Origin: a virus
Direction: 5' to 3' (one strand)
DNA: 64,000 nt
Virus record (IMG/VR): IMGVR_UViG_3300047552_000145
Location: 1-64,000 of that record
The position numbers were made by a program, and so were the translations under genes. Of the stretch, positions 1 through 8,186 are shown piece after piece. The notes under the pieces are model-generated. The model saw only the letters and a list, made by a program, of their open reading frames with translations. It had not been told where the DNA came from and ran no database searches. Position 1 is the first letter of the stretch; each line of letters starts with the position of its first letter.

Positions 1-123
1 CAGTACAACTACTCCCTGAAAGTGACCCAATGCACCAAGTATCAGTCCGTCCCAGCTACCTGCAAGAAGGTTGAGCGCCATGGTCCGATCTTTGACACCT
101 TTGTAAACACTGAGTGTAATTAA
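1..123 (+). CDS. 3' end of hypothetical protein (partial)
   Basis: Open frame 1 QYNYSLKVTQCTK...NTECN, TAA at 121-123, immediately before a promoter cassette. Confidence 0.5.
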   Translation, partial: QYNYSLKVTQCTKYQSVPATCKKVERHGPIFDTFVNTECN

Positions 124-142
124 CCCTCAATCCCATAGGGGC

Positions 143-171
143 TTTACTTTAATTACAAGAACCCTTATAAT
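143..171 (+). promoter_or_regulatory. sigma70-type early promoter
   Basis: TTTACT(143-148)-N17-TATAAT(166-171), followed by SD AGGAGA and ATG at 197. Confidence 0.8.
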
Positions 172-196
172 TACTGTATTGATTAGGAGAAAACAA

Positions 197-397
197 ATGG
201 CTGCAAAGATGACTTACTCGGATGTCCGTACCCTGCAAGACTCTATCCCAAAGAGTGGTATGCAAGGTCACTATGTACTGGGTGCTTATGAAGTGATGTT
301 CGCCGACCTCGTGGCTGACCTTCCCAAGCATAAGCAAGTAGAGTATCGCTCTGCTATGGAACGACTCGCCGAACGTGCCCGTCAAATTAACCCTTGA
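197..397 (+). CDS. hypothetical early protein
   Basis: ORF 179..397; start moved to ATG197 because of SD AGGAGA. Confidence 0.7.
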   Translation: MAAKMTYSDVRTLQDSIPKSGMQGHYVLGAYEVMFADLVADLPKHKQVEYRSAMERLAERARQINP

Positions 398-422
398 CTT
401 TAATTACAAATCCTGGTATAAT
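394..422 (+). promoter_or_regulatory. sigma70-type early promoter
   Basis: TTGACT(394-399)-N17-TATAAT(417-422); shares TTAATTACAA spacer and downstream ACTGTAT.GATT.GGAGA with the 143-171 promoter. Confidence 0.85.
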
Positions 423-445
423 AACTGTATAGATTGGAGAAAAGT

Positions 446-616
446 ATGCGTGGTTCTATCCGTGTTGGTGTTGGTTTCCTGTTGGCGTTCGGTGCAGTTG
501 GTGGTCTGGAGAACACTATGAACAGTGAAGTGATGGCGCTGGTGAGTCTGTGTGCCATTGCTGCTGCTGGTCTCGGACTTATGTACAGTGGCGTGAGTGC
601 TATGCGGGAAGTCTAA
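446..616 (+). CDS. small membrane protein (2 TM)
   Basis: SD GGAGA, ATG446, two hydrophobic segments. Confidence 0.7.
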   Translation: MRGSIRVGVGFLLAFGAVGGLENTMNSEVMALVSLCAIAAAGLGLMYSGVSAMREV

Positions 617-877
617 TTGCTCCGTGCGCCCTATGGGCGTGTCGGTATGGGAAGTCCCAAAAGTGGAGTATAATTGGGGGCGTCTCGGTATGCCCGTGGC
701 GGTATGCGCATCGGTAAAAATAGATTTCAGGGTCCCCTTTTTCGATACCCAAACACGACCTAAACTCCCCCCATCATATTATTCTCTCTCAACACAATCT
801 CAAAAATACTTGGCACTTTTCAAAGTGTTTTCTTTAAAAAATTTCCCGCAGAAAAAATTTCACGTAAAAGGTTCATC

Positions 878-1030
878 ATGCGTAACTTGGTTATTTCCCG
901 TATTACTGAAGTGCTATTAGAAGCACCCGATCTTCAAGACGAATTGGATATTTCCCCCGAGGAATTAAACAACTTATCCAACGAAGAACTCTTGGATTTG
1001 TTTGAAGAAATTTTCGGATTTGGGGGATAA
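878..1030 (+). CDS. acidic 50-aa hypothetical protein (not in ORF track)
   Basis: Hand translation MRNLVISRITEVLLEAPDLQDELDISPEELNNLSNEELLDLFEEIFGFGG*; abuts next ATG at 1032. Confidence 0.6.
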   Translation: MRNLVISRITEVLLEAPDLQDELDISPEELNNLSNEELLDLFEEIFGFGG

Positions 1031-1031
1031 T

Positions 1032-1214
1032 ATGCTTTTACTCAATATGTTTATTTGTATACTCTGTGCCTATATGGCGGGAGCTTTGAAGTGTTCAATT
1101 GATATTGATAAGCTAGATAATTACCCTATTGCTTGGTACAGGTATGCTATGGTGGTTTGTAACCTATTGGCTTCTGTGTTCAATATGATTGTAGTTGTTG
1201 GAGCGACGAAATGA
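1032..1214 (+). CDS. small membrane protein
   Basis: Two hydrophobic helices; ATG1032 follows the previous stop. Confidence 0.6.
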   Translation: MLLLNMFICILCAYMAGALKCSIDIDKLDNYPIAWYRYAMVVCNLLASVFNMIVVVGATK

Positions 1215-1417
1215 ACCAACGAATTCGAGAACTTTATTTACAGGCTGTTGAATATTCAAACAGTCAAATGACATTTGGCGACACACGTGAGTTTTTTGCT
1301 GAAAAGTTCGCTCAGTTGCTTGTGCTGGATTGTGCCAGTGTCAATTATAATAGTCCATTTCAAGACGGTGAATTTCACGCAAGAGAAGTATTAGAACATT
1401 TCGGAGTTGAAGAATGA
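1211..1417 (+). CDS. hypothetical protein, 'EKFAxL...EHFGVEE' family
   Basis: ATGA overlap; paralog of 1632..1844. Confidence 0.75.
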   Translation: MNQRIRELYLQAVEYSNSQMTFGDTREFFAEKFAQLLVLDCASVNYNSPFQDGEFHAREVLEHFGVEE

Positions 1418-1635
1418 TTCACTTTGATTTTATTGTGGAAGATGTTGACGCTGAAAATCTCATGTGGGCTATCCGTGAATCAGCATTGCGTAATGATGAA
1501 GCCATTATGGACTACGAGGCTCGAACAGACTTAACACAAGAACAGAAAGATTCGTATATTGACTGGCTTAAAGCCAATAAAGCATATATGTTGGGCTTGA
1601 TTGAAAAAATGACTAACACACGGGTAGAAGAATGA
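1414..1635 (+). CDS. hypothetical protein
   Basis: ATGA-coupled ORF in the early operon. Confidence 0.7.
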   Translation: MIHFDFIVEDVDAENLMWAIRESALRNDEAIMDYEARTDLTQEQKDSYIDWLKANKAYMLGLIEKMTNTRVEE

Positions 1636-1844
1636 ATAACATATTCCATAAACTTGCCAATGACGCTTGGATAGATGTTCCTGAAGGTCAAGGGTACGGT
1701 GGTAAGATTTTCAGTAAAGAGAAGTTCGCCGAGTTGATTGTTCGAGAATGTGCTCGGGTTGCGTCTAATCAAGTAATGGATGTTGAAGGTAATGACTGGG
1801 GTGTTAGACACGCAGTAGAAAAACATTTCGGAGTTAAAGAATGA
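1632..1844 (+). CDS. hypothetical protein, 'EKFAELIVRECA...KHFGVKE' family
   Basis: ATGA overlap; paralog of 1211..1417. Confidence 0.75.
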   Translation: MNNIFHKLANDAWIDVPEGQGYGGKIFSKEKFAELIVRECARVASNQVMDVEGNDWGVRHAVEKHFGVKE

Positions 1845-1984
1845 ATTATTTGTATTGGATTGGTTTATTGATGTATCTTGCAGCTGGAGCCATGCTTCAT
1901 GATGTACCGTTTTTAAGGTTTATCTCAGCCATGATTCTAGTTTCAGCTGGAACGATCTTTGCGATTCTGGGAAAAGCAGCATGA
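1841..1984 (+). CDS. 47-aa membrane protein (not in ORF track)
   Basis: MNYLYWIGLLMYLAAGAMLHDVPFLRFISAMILVSAGTIFAILGKAA*, ATGA-coupled at both ends. Confidence 0.6.
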   Translation: MNYLYWIGLLMYLAAGAMLHDVPFLRFISAMILVSAGTIFAILGKAA

Positions 1985-2121
1985 GTTATCGTAATTACTA
2001 TTGGAACAAGTTCAAAGAACAGTTTGAGCTTACTTGGAAGATTCTTTGGCACGGTGTCATTCGCAACGAGGGTCATCATAGCAAATGGGGTCGGGGTTGG
2101 TTCTACGGGAAGAAGAAATGA
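1981..2121 (+). CDS. 46-aa Trp-rich basic hypothetical protein (not in ORF track)
   Basis: MSYRNYYWNKFKEQFELTWKILWHGVIRNEGHHSKWGRGWFYGKKK*, ATGA-coupled at both ends. Confidence 0.55.
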   Translation: MSYRNYYWNKFKEQFELTWKILWHGVIRNEGHHSKWGRGWFYGKKK

Positions 2122-2333
2122 AAGATTCTACTATTGGCGGGATTATCCTTGGATATTTTCTAGCATTTATTTTAACGTTTGGGCATGCTTATCGTAGTAT
2201 TCCCGAAGTTGAGCAGCGAGAGTATGCAGGGCAGGTTTATACTGTACACAACGGAGTAGGTGTAAAAGCAACGGGAGCCTTCCTTTCTTCTATGTTTTGG
2301 CCACTGTACTGGTCTGTAAAGGTTTGGGAATGA
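2118..2333 (+). CDS. small membrane protein
   Basis: MKDSTIGG... start via ATGA overlap; hydrophobic segments, FWPLYW end. Confidence 0.65.
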   Translation: MKDSTIGGIILGYFLAFILTFGHAYRSIPEVEQREYAGQVYTVHNGVGVKATGAFLSSMFWPLYWSVKVWE

Positions 2334-2515
2334 GTGAACGTTGTTTAGAGTGTGGCGCAAAAGCCACTTGGATGCGGTCTACGCAGTTTGCGGGAGACCA
2401 TCCTTATTGCGAAGAACACGCTAAGTTAGAGAAGGACTTTGGTGAGAATGATTCTTATGCTTTCTGGTATGAAATAAAAATTTCGGGTTCCCCAGAGACA
2501 GAGACAACAGAGTAA
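2330..2515 (+). CDS. small Zn-finger-like protein
   Basis: CxxC (CLEC)...CxxH (CEEH); ATGA-coupled. Confidence 0.65.
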   Translation: MSERCLECGAKATWMRSTQFAGDHPYCEEHAKLEKDFGENDSYAFWYEIKISGSPETETTE

Positions 2516-2521
2516 TTCCGC

Positions 2522-2550
2522 TTGCCTTGCAAGAACTTTTATAGTATAAT
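2522..2550 (+). promoter_or_regulatory. sigma70-type promoter, probably leaderless transcript
   Basis: TTGCCT-N17-TATAAT, ATG 6 nt downstream at 2557, no SD. Confidence 0.7.
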
Positions 2551-2556
2551 AGTGTT

Positions 2557-2715
2557 ATGACTGATAGCGAAATAGAACAATTTTATAATGAGCTGGTTGA
2601 GCACTATGGTGACAAGCTAGTTAATTTTGAACATTATCCTAGACAGTTCGCTAATCAGGTGAAACTGTATAGGTATTACAAGGAAAAACAAAATGAAAAT
2701 AGCAGTGTGCAGTGA
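2557..2715 (+). CDS. 52-aa hypothetical protein (not in ORF track)
   Basis: MTDSEIEQFYNELVEHYGDKLVNFEHYPRQFANQVKLYRYYKEKQNENSSVQ*. Confidence 0.6.
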   Translation: MTDSEIEQFYNELVEHYGDKLVNFEHYPRQFANQVKLYRYYKEKQNENSSVQ

Positions 2716-3619
2716 TGTCCATTTGGAGTTTGGTCCACTGACGTTGGAAAACCCAGGAGATGTAGAAGTTCTCATCTTGTCTGGTGATATTTTAGTTGAG
2801 CGTGACCTAGACATGTACGATCGCCGTCAGGTTGAACTTGGTTTCATGCGTTATCGCTCAGAAATGTTCCATACATTCTTTCAAGAGTGTTCAAAGGCAT
2901 TTCCCCACGTACTTTATGTTGCTGGTAACCATGAATCTTATCATGGGGATTTCGCTCATACCACTAATGAGTTAAAGCGCAAGCTGGCTTACCTTGAGAA
3001 CGTTCATGTTCTTGATAAAGAAGTGTTCAAGCTAGGTGATTACACATTCGTTGGTTCCACTTTATGGACTAACATGAACAACGAAGACCCGTTGACCATG
3101 TATCACATGAAGGATTACATGAACGACTTTAGAATCATCAAAAACTCCAATAACATGGTTGTTAGAAACGTTCCAATCTATGAGTATGATAGTATGGGCA
3201 ACGTTGCTCGTAACGAAGCTGGTCAACAAATCCAGATCGGTATGAAGAAAAAGGAAGAACCTGCTAGGTTCACCCCTGAAGACGCTGTTGAAGAAAACAA
3301 GAAGTGCTTTGAGTACATCAAATTTGTGGTTTCCGAGGCTAAAGATAACGAGAAAGTGATTGTTGTGGGTCACCACACCCCTTCTCATCAATCTTGCCAC
3401 CCTCGCTACAAAGATGATCAAATCATGAACGGTGGCTACCATAACAGCTACGAAGATTACATCATGGATCACCCGAAAATCGCTTTGTGGACTCATGGTC
3501 ACACTCATGAACGCTATGACTACATGATCGGAGACACTCGTATCGTGTGTAATCCACGTGGTTACGTTGGTCATGAGCAGATTTCTGTTGATTTTGAGTT
3601 GAAGGTTGTAGAAGTATGA
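2693..3619 (+). CDS. calcineurin-like metallophosphoesterase
   Basis: Motifs SDVHLE, SGDI, AGNHE, GHH, HGHTH, CNPRGY. Confidence 0.9.
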   Translation: MKIAVCSDVHLEFGPLTLENPGDVEVLILSGDILVERDLDMYDRRQVELGFMRYRSEMFHTFFQECSKAFPHVLYVAGNHESYHGDFAHTTNELKRKLAYLENVHVLDKEVFKLGDYTFVGSTLWTNMNNEDPLTMYHMKDYMNDFRIIKNSNNMVVRNVPIYEYDSMGNVARNEAGQQIQIGMKKKEEPARFTPEDAVEENKKCFEYIKFVVSEAKDNEKVIVVGHHTPSHQSCHPRYKDDQIMNGGYHNSYEDYIMDHPKIALWTHGHTHERYDYMIGDTRIVCNPRGYVGHEQISVDFELKVVEV

Positions 3620-3774
3620 GTAATATGAAGTACAACCCCAACGAAAATTTGGAAAAAGAGCAAGAGGACGCTTTGGAGTTTTATATGAAAAAGTGTTCTC
3701 AGCTTGAAACTGAAAATAAAGAACTTAACGAGCGTCTTGCTCGTCTAATATGGAGCATGGAAGAACATGACTAA
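3616..3774 (+). CDS. 52-aa coiled-coil hypothetical protein (not in ORF track)
   Basis: MSNMKYNPNENLEKEQEDALEFYMKKCSQLETENKELNERLARLIWSMEEHD*, fills the operon gap. Confidence 0.55.
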   Translation: MSNMKYNPNENLEKEQEDALEFYMKKCSQLETENKELNERLARLIWSMEEHD

Positions 3775-3970
3775 ATTTACCCTTGTGTGTGATCATTCTA
3801 GTGATCTAGATACGCACGTTGTTACACACACATTTAATTCTGCGTATTTACCTGATGTTCTTTTAAACATTGAACAATTCCTCCGTGGAGCAGGTTATCA
3901 CTTTGAAGGTGTATTAACCATTGAAGAACCTCACTCCGAACATTATTACGATACTGAAAGAAACCGATGA
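3767..3970 (+). CDS. hypothetical protein
   Basis: Coupled ORF with FLRGAGY motif. Confidence 0.7.
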   Translation: MTKFTLVCDHSSDLDTHVVTHTFNSAYLPDVLLNIEQFLRGAGYHFEGVLTIEEPHSEHYYDTERNR

Positions 3971-4338
3971 ATCCATTTAACGATGTAGAGAAATTCCTGA
4001 ACGCTGTTGGGCAAAACCCACCTCCGTTTGTTACTAACGAAAACCCTCAATCGCTCTTGTATAAAGAGTTGATTCGAGAGGAAATCAAAGAGTTCTGGGA
4101 AGCTGATGAAGCTAACGATGACGTTGAGCGTTTGGATGCTTGCTTTGATATGATTTGGGTTATCGTTGGATATGCTCGTTCACGTGGTTGGGATTTTGAC
4201 CTTGCATGGGAAGAAGGTGCTGACTCTAACCTTTCCAAGATTGATCCAGAAACTGGTTTGGTTCGCCGTCGCGAAGATGGTAAGATCTTGAAGCCAGAAG
4301 GCTGGAAACCACCTAACTTTGAGCAATTTGTAAAATGA
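3967..4338 (+). CDS. MazG-like / dimeric all-alpha NTP pyrophosphohydrolase
   Basis: LIREEIKEF...LDACFDMIWV...SNLSK...RREDGKILKPEGWKPP signature. Confidence 0.85.
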   Translation: MNPFNDVEKFLNAVGQNPPPFVTNENPQSLLYKELIREEIKEFWEADEANDDVERLDACFDMIWVIVGYARSRGWDFDLAWEEGADSNLSKIDPETGLVRRREDGKILKPEGWKPPNFEQFVK

Positions 4339-4832
4339 TTACCTTATACCTAGACATGGATGGTGTACTCGCCGACTTCAATAAAGAGTACACAAAATTT
4401 GACCCTGAAAAGGCTGACCGAAAGCGTTTCCGCGAGTCTGTTATTGAGCATCATATCTTCGAGAAGCTGGATTTCATGCCAGACGCTCAAGAATTGTTGA
4501 ATCATGTATCTAGACTCAATGGAGTTAATGTTCAGATCTTGACTTCCATGGGTACACATGAGCCGATTCAAGCTAACATGGCTCAAATGCAAAAGATGAA
4601 GTGGCTGGATGCTAAGAACATCCCTTACAAAGCTAATTTCGTTCACAATAAACAAGAGAAAGCCCGATTTGCTACTCCTCGATCTATTCTTATTGATGAT
4701 TCTGTTGGTTGTATTTCTCCCTTTATTGAGGCTGGTGGTCATGGTATTCTCCATGTTAACGCTTCTGATACTATTCGGATTCTTGATTCAACCCTTCTTC
4801 AATTAAGGGCTTTAGATGCTAGATCTTTTTAA
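4335..4832 (+). CDS. HAD-family 5'(3')-deoxyribonucleotidase-like protein
   Basis: LYLDMDGVLADF motif I, ILTS, ILIDD motif IV. Confidence 0.85.
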   Translation: MITLYLDMDGVLADFNKEYTKFDPEKADRKRFRESVIEHHIFEKLDFMPDAQELLNHVSRLNGVNVQILTSMGTHEPIQANMAQMQKMKWLDAKNIPYKANFVHNKQEKARFATPRSILIDDSVGCISPFIEAGGHGILHVNASDTIRILDSTLLQLRALDARSF

Positions 4833-5103
4833 ACCAACTTTCGATTGGATTCGCGATGACTTTACTTCCAACCCTTTCCGTTTTATTGTCGAGCTTCTTG
4901 CTTGGATTCTTAGTATTGGGTGCAGTCTCACTATGGCGATCACCGTCCCTAATCCGCCTCTTATTTACTTGTATCCTGTTTGGATTAGCGGTTGTGCTAT
5001 GTACGCTTGGGCTGCCTTTACTCGCAGATCATTTGGTATGCTTGCGAACTATGTCTTGCTAACTACAATTGATTTGATTGGTTTATTCAGAATGGTATTA
5101 TGA
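4816..5103 (+). CDS. membrane protein (3 TM)
   Basis: Three hydrophobic helices. Confidence 0.75.
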   Translation: MLDLFKPTFDWIRDDFTSNPFRFIVELLAWILSIGCSLTMAITVPNPPLIYLYPVWISGCAMYAWAAFTRRSFGMLANYVLLTTIDLIGLFRMVL

Positions 5104-5351
5104 GTCAATTAACACAAAAACATATTAGTGTAACAGCACCAACACCAGTAGCACAAATGATTCCATTTGTTAAACCTGTATCATATGAGTTTCGAGTTGC
5201 CGAGTTTGTAGATGATGATGGTAAGGTTGAAAAGGTTAAGTTGCAAATGCAAGTTTGGGAACATGATGAATATGGTTCAGGTACTGTAAAAACCTATTGG
5301 CACGATGTACCACGTATTAAAATTGATAAAAATGGGTCAATAATCCCTTGA
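5100..5351 (+). CDS. hypothetical protein
   Basis: ATGA-coupled ORF. Confidence 0.65.
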   Translation: MSQLTQKHISVTAPTPVAQMIPFVKPVSYEFRVAEFVDDDGKVEKVKLQMQVWEHDEYGSGTVKTYWHDVPRIKIDKNGSIIP

Positions 5352-5376
5352 CTTTAATTCAGGATTAGGGTATAAT
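5348..5376 (+). promoter_or_regulatory. sigma70-type promoter, leaderless
   Basis: TTGACT-N17-TATAAT then TATAGT-ATG(5383). Confidence 0.85.
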
Positions 5377-5382
5377 TATAGT

Positions 5383-5931
5383 ATGAATATCTTTTATGTA
5401 CACCCCGATCCTGTCGTCTGCGCTCAGCAGCACGTTGACAAACACGTGGTCAAAATGATTCTTGAATACGCTCAACTTCTGTCCACCGCTCATAGGTTTC
5501 TTGACGGTACAGAAGTTCAAGGTTTTTCTAATTCTGGTCGCAAAGCCAAACGTTGGCAACTCCCTGACGAACGTGATGAAGTTCTTTACAAAGCATCGCA
5601 CATCAATCACCCTTCTGCTAAGTGGTGTCGTCATTCCCTTGAGAATTACAAACACTTGTTCACGCTCTGGATTGAATTGATGCGCGAGTATCACTATCGC
5701 TATGGTAAGATTCATGCGTCAATGCGCCTTGCTAAACATCTCAAGAACGCACCAACTAATATTTCCAAAGAAGAAGGTTTCTCCGCTCCATGGCGTGCAA
5801 TGCCAGATGAATACAAAGTTGATCGCACTGAACCTGACTACACTGTTAAGTCATATCGTGCATATTATCTCGGCGCAAAAACTTCAATGTTAAAGTGGAA
5901 AAATCGCCCAACACCTGACTGGGTTCGCTAA
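5383..5931 (+). CDS. pyrimidine-dimer DNA glycosylase / endonuclease V-like protein
   Basis: MNIFY...A...DKHVVKMILEYAQLLSTAH, H.NHPSAKW, EY.YRYGKIH signature. Confidence 0.8.
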   Translation: MNIFYVHPDPVVCAQQHVDKHVVKMILEYAQLLSTAHRFLDGTEVQGFSNSGRKAKRWQLPDERDEVLYKASHINHPSAKWCRHSLENYKHLFTLWIELMREYHYRYGKIHASMRLAKHLKNAPTNISKEEGFSAPWRAMPDEYKVDRTEPDYTVKSYRAYYLGAKTSMLKWKNRPTPDWVR

Positions 5932-5950
5932 ATAGGTTTAAGGAGTTATA

Positions 5951-6193
5951 ATGCCAACATATGATTTTAGAAATAAAGACACTGGCGAAGTGTTTGAGAA
6001 AATTATGAAAATTGCTGAGAAAGAGCAATATCTCATTGACAACCCCCACATCGAGCAAGCACTATTGAGCGCACCAGCGTTTACTGGTGATCACATCATC
6101 ATTAAAAAGGATTCAGGTTTTAAGGAGGTGTTACAGAAAATTAACGAACGAGTGCCAGGAGGCATGAAACAAAGCGGATCTTCTCAACTATAA
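5951..6193 (+). CDS. FmdB-like protein (degenerate Zn ribbon)
   Basis: MPTYDF...TGEVFE N-terminus, GFKEVLQKI; SD AAGGAG; CTAAATA late-promoter-like motif at 5928-5934. Confidence 0.7.
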   Translation: MPTYDFRNKDTGEVFEKIMKIAEKEQYLIDNPHIEQALLSAPAFTGDHIIIKKDSGFKEVLQKINERVPGGMKQSGSSQL

Positions 6194-6205
6194 TAAGGGG
6201 TATGC

Positions 6206-6967
6206 ATGGCGACAAAGCGCACAGCAAAACTTCTAGATAATGATTTAAGTGAAAAACCAAAAGATGTTAAAGTAAATAACTCTTTGAAAATTAGGATCGA
6301 TGATTTAAAAACTTTTGATCCATTAACTGCACATCAGAAAGACTTTTACGACGCTTATAAGCGACAAGATTATTTTATTGCACTACACGGTGTAGCAGGT
6401 ACAGGCAAAACATTTATTGCACTGTATAAAGCACTTGAAGAAGTTCTTGATAAGAGCAATCCGTTCAATAAGATTATTATCGTTCGTTCTGCAGTACCTT
6501 CTCGCGAAGTTGGTCACTTGCCAGGAGATTTAAATGAAAAGACAGAAATCTACAGACAACCATACCAGCAAATCTGTACCACTCTCTTTGGAAGACCTGA
6601 TGCCTACCAACGGTTGGAAGAGCAACACCACATTGAATTTATTTCTACATCGTTCATCAGGGGTATGTCATTCGATGATGCAATTATCATCGTTGACGAA
6701 ATGCAAAACCTAACCTATGAAGAGATCGACACGGTTATGACTCGTGTTGGTTATCGTTCGAAGATTATCTGGTGCGGTGATTATCGCCAAACCGACTTGA
6801 ATAAGAAAAAGAATGACATGTCTGGTATTCTTAAGTTCTTTGAGATCGCTCAACATATGAGAGCTTTCACTAGAATTGAGTTTACACCCGATGACATTGT
6901 TCGTTCATCACTAGTGAAAGATTATATCCTCGCCAAACTAAGATATGAGGATTATGTAGAGAAATAA
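6206..6967 (+). CDS. phoH: PhoH-family ATPase
   Basis: Walker A GVAGTGKT, GHLPGDL.EK, FIRGMSF, IIVDEMQN, TRVG, GDYRQTD, DIVRS. Confidence 0.95.
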   Translation: MATKRTAKLLDNDLSEKPKDVKVNNSLKIRIDDLKTFDPLTAHQKDFYDAYKRQDYFIALHGVAGTGKTFIALYKALEEVLDKSNPFNKIIIVRSAVPSREVGHLPGDLNEKTEIYRQPYQQICTTLFGRPDAYQRLEEQHHIEFISTSFIRGMSFDDAIIIVDEMQNLTYEEIDTVMTRVGYRSKIIWCGDYRQTDLNKKKNDMSGILKFFEIAQHMRAFTRIEFTPDDIVRSSLVKDYILAKLRYEDYVEK

Positions 6968-7620
6968 TGAAGACATTTATACATCATGATTTTGCGAAAT
7001 TAGAGAGGGATACTTTTGCTGACGGGCGACGTGTTTACGTTACACCTGAAGGTAAAAAGTATCCTTCAGTCACATCCATCACTGGAGTTAATAGCACATT
7101 TAACAAGAGTGCTTGGATTCAACGTGTTGGTGTGGATGAAGCAAATAGAATTACTCAGCGAGCACTTGACCGTGGTACTCGCATTCACTCGTTCTGTGAA
7201 AATTTCTTACTTGGTAATGAAGTAAAGATTGATATGTTCGATCAAGATATGTGGAGCACAATGCTACCTCTCTTGAATAAGATCGACAATATCCACTGCC
7301 TTGAAACACCACTATATTCTGACTTCTTGCAAGCAGCTGGTACAGTTGACTGTATTGCCGAGTATGAAGGTAAGTTATCCGTCATCGACTTTAAAACTTC
7401 TTCGAGAGTAAAAGAGCGCAATGATATTCATAACTACTTTGAACAGACTGCGGCTTATGCTGTTATGTTTGAAGAACGTACAGGTATTCCAATTGGTCGT
7501 TTAATTATCTTGATGGTGATTGATGACGACGCACCAAGAGTATTCATTGAAAAGCGTGATGGTTGGATTGCAGGTTTCCGTAAGTCTAGAATGGACTACA
7601 GGCAGAAGTATGGAGTATAA
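6967..7620 (+). CDS. PD-(D/E)XK exonuclease (T4-like, Cas4/RecB fold)
   Basis: YPSVTSI, RGTRIH, AGTVDCIAEY, IDFKTS, Q..AYA.MFEE. Confidence 0.85.
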   Translation: MKTFIHHDFAKLERDTFADGRRVYVTPEGKKYPSVTSITGVNSTFNKSAWIQRVGVDEANRITQRALDRGTRIHSFCENFLLGNEVKIDMFDQDMWSTMLPLLNKIDNIHCLETPLYSDFLQAAGTVDCIAEYEGKLSVIDFKTSSRVKERNDIHNYFEQTAAYAVMFEERTGIPIGRLIILMVIDDDAPRVFIEKRDGWIAGFRKSRMDYRQKYGV

Positions 7621-8164
7621 GAAAAACGAGTGGTGGGTTACTCCAGTTTGGGAGATTGACACTGGTCTTTCTTCAGACTATAATGCTCGCTTACTCTATG
7701 ATTTAAAGACTTTTGGAAAGAAGTCTTACAACATATGGAATGAAGATATTCCCTCACTTGGACCATTGAAAGCCAAGGTTATTGAAGCGTTGAGTAATAC
7801 AGTCAAGGATTATTTCCCCGATTATTATCCTTACAATCCAGTCATCTATAATGGTTGGGTGCAGTTTCATAAAACTGGCGAGATGCTTCACGTTCATGAC
7901 CATGGTGGTGTAATCGTCGCTTGTGTCTATTATGTTAAGGCACCAGAGGACAGCGGGGATCTTTTATTAATAGATCCTAGAGGAAGCGTTAATTGGGACT
8001 GGGAAACTGATGGGATTGATGGTGCCAAATATAAACGTGTTAAACCGAAAGAAGGTAAATTGGTTATCTTCCCAGGATATGTTATGCACGCAGTAGATCC
8101 GAACAACTCTAAAGATGAGCGGGTCAGTATCGCCATAAATATTCATAACCATATAAATACTTGA
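7610..8164 (+). CDS. 2OG-Fe(II) oxygenase-like (TIGR02466-type cupin)
   Basis: Start at ATG7610 (MEYKKNEWWVTPVW); HVHDH, VYYV, DPR, FPGYVMHAV, RVSIA motifs. Confidence 0.85.
   Translation: MEYKKNEWWVTPVWEIDTGLSSDYNARLLYDLKTFGKKSYNIWNEDIPSLGPLKAKVIEALSNTVKDYFPDYYPYNPVIYNGWVQFHKTGEMLHVHDHGGVIVACVYYVKAPEDSGDLLLIDPRGSVNWDWETDGIDGAKYKRVKPKEGKLVIFPGYVMHAVDPNNSKDERVSIAINIHNHINT
8152..8159 (+). promoter_or_regulatory. T4-type late (gp55) promoter
   Basis: Exact TATAAATA about 28 nt upstream of the Cys-rich peptide gene; SD GAGG before ATG8187. Confidence 0.7.
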
Positions 8165-8186
8165 GATATACATCAAAGAGGTCAAC

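Noticed and set aside
597-920. 107-aa ORF across the repeat-rich gap
   Set aside because: No SD, overlaps better-supported genes at both ends, and has low-complexity composition
3062-3574. 170-aa minus-strand ORF
   Set aside because: Fully antisense to the motif-rich phosphoesterase; no independent signals
6967-7620. Cas4/CRISPR system
   Set aside because: Typical T4-like stand-alone exonuclease next to phoH; no Fe-S Cys set, no other cas genes and no repeat-spacer array seen
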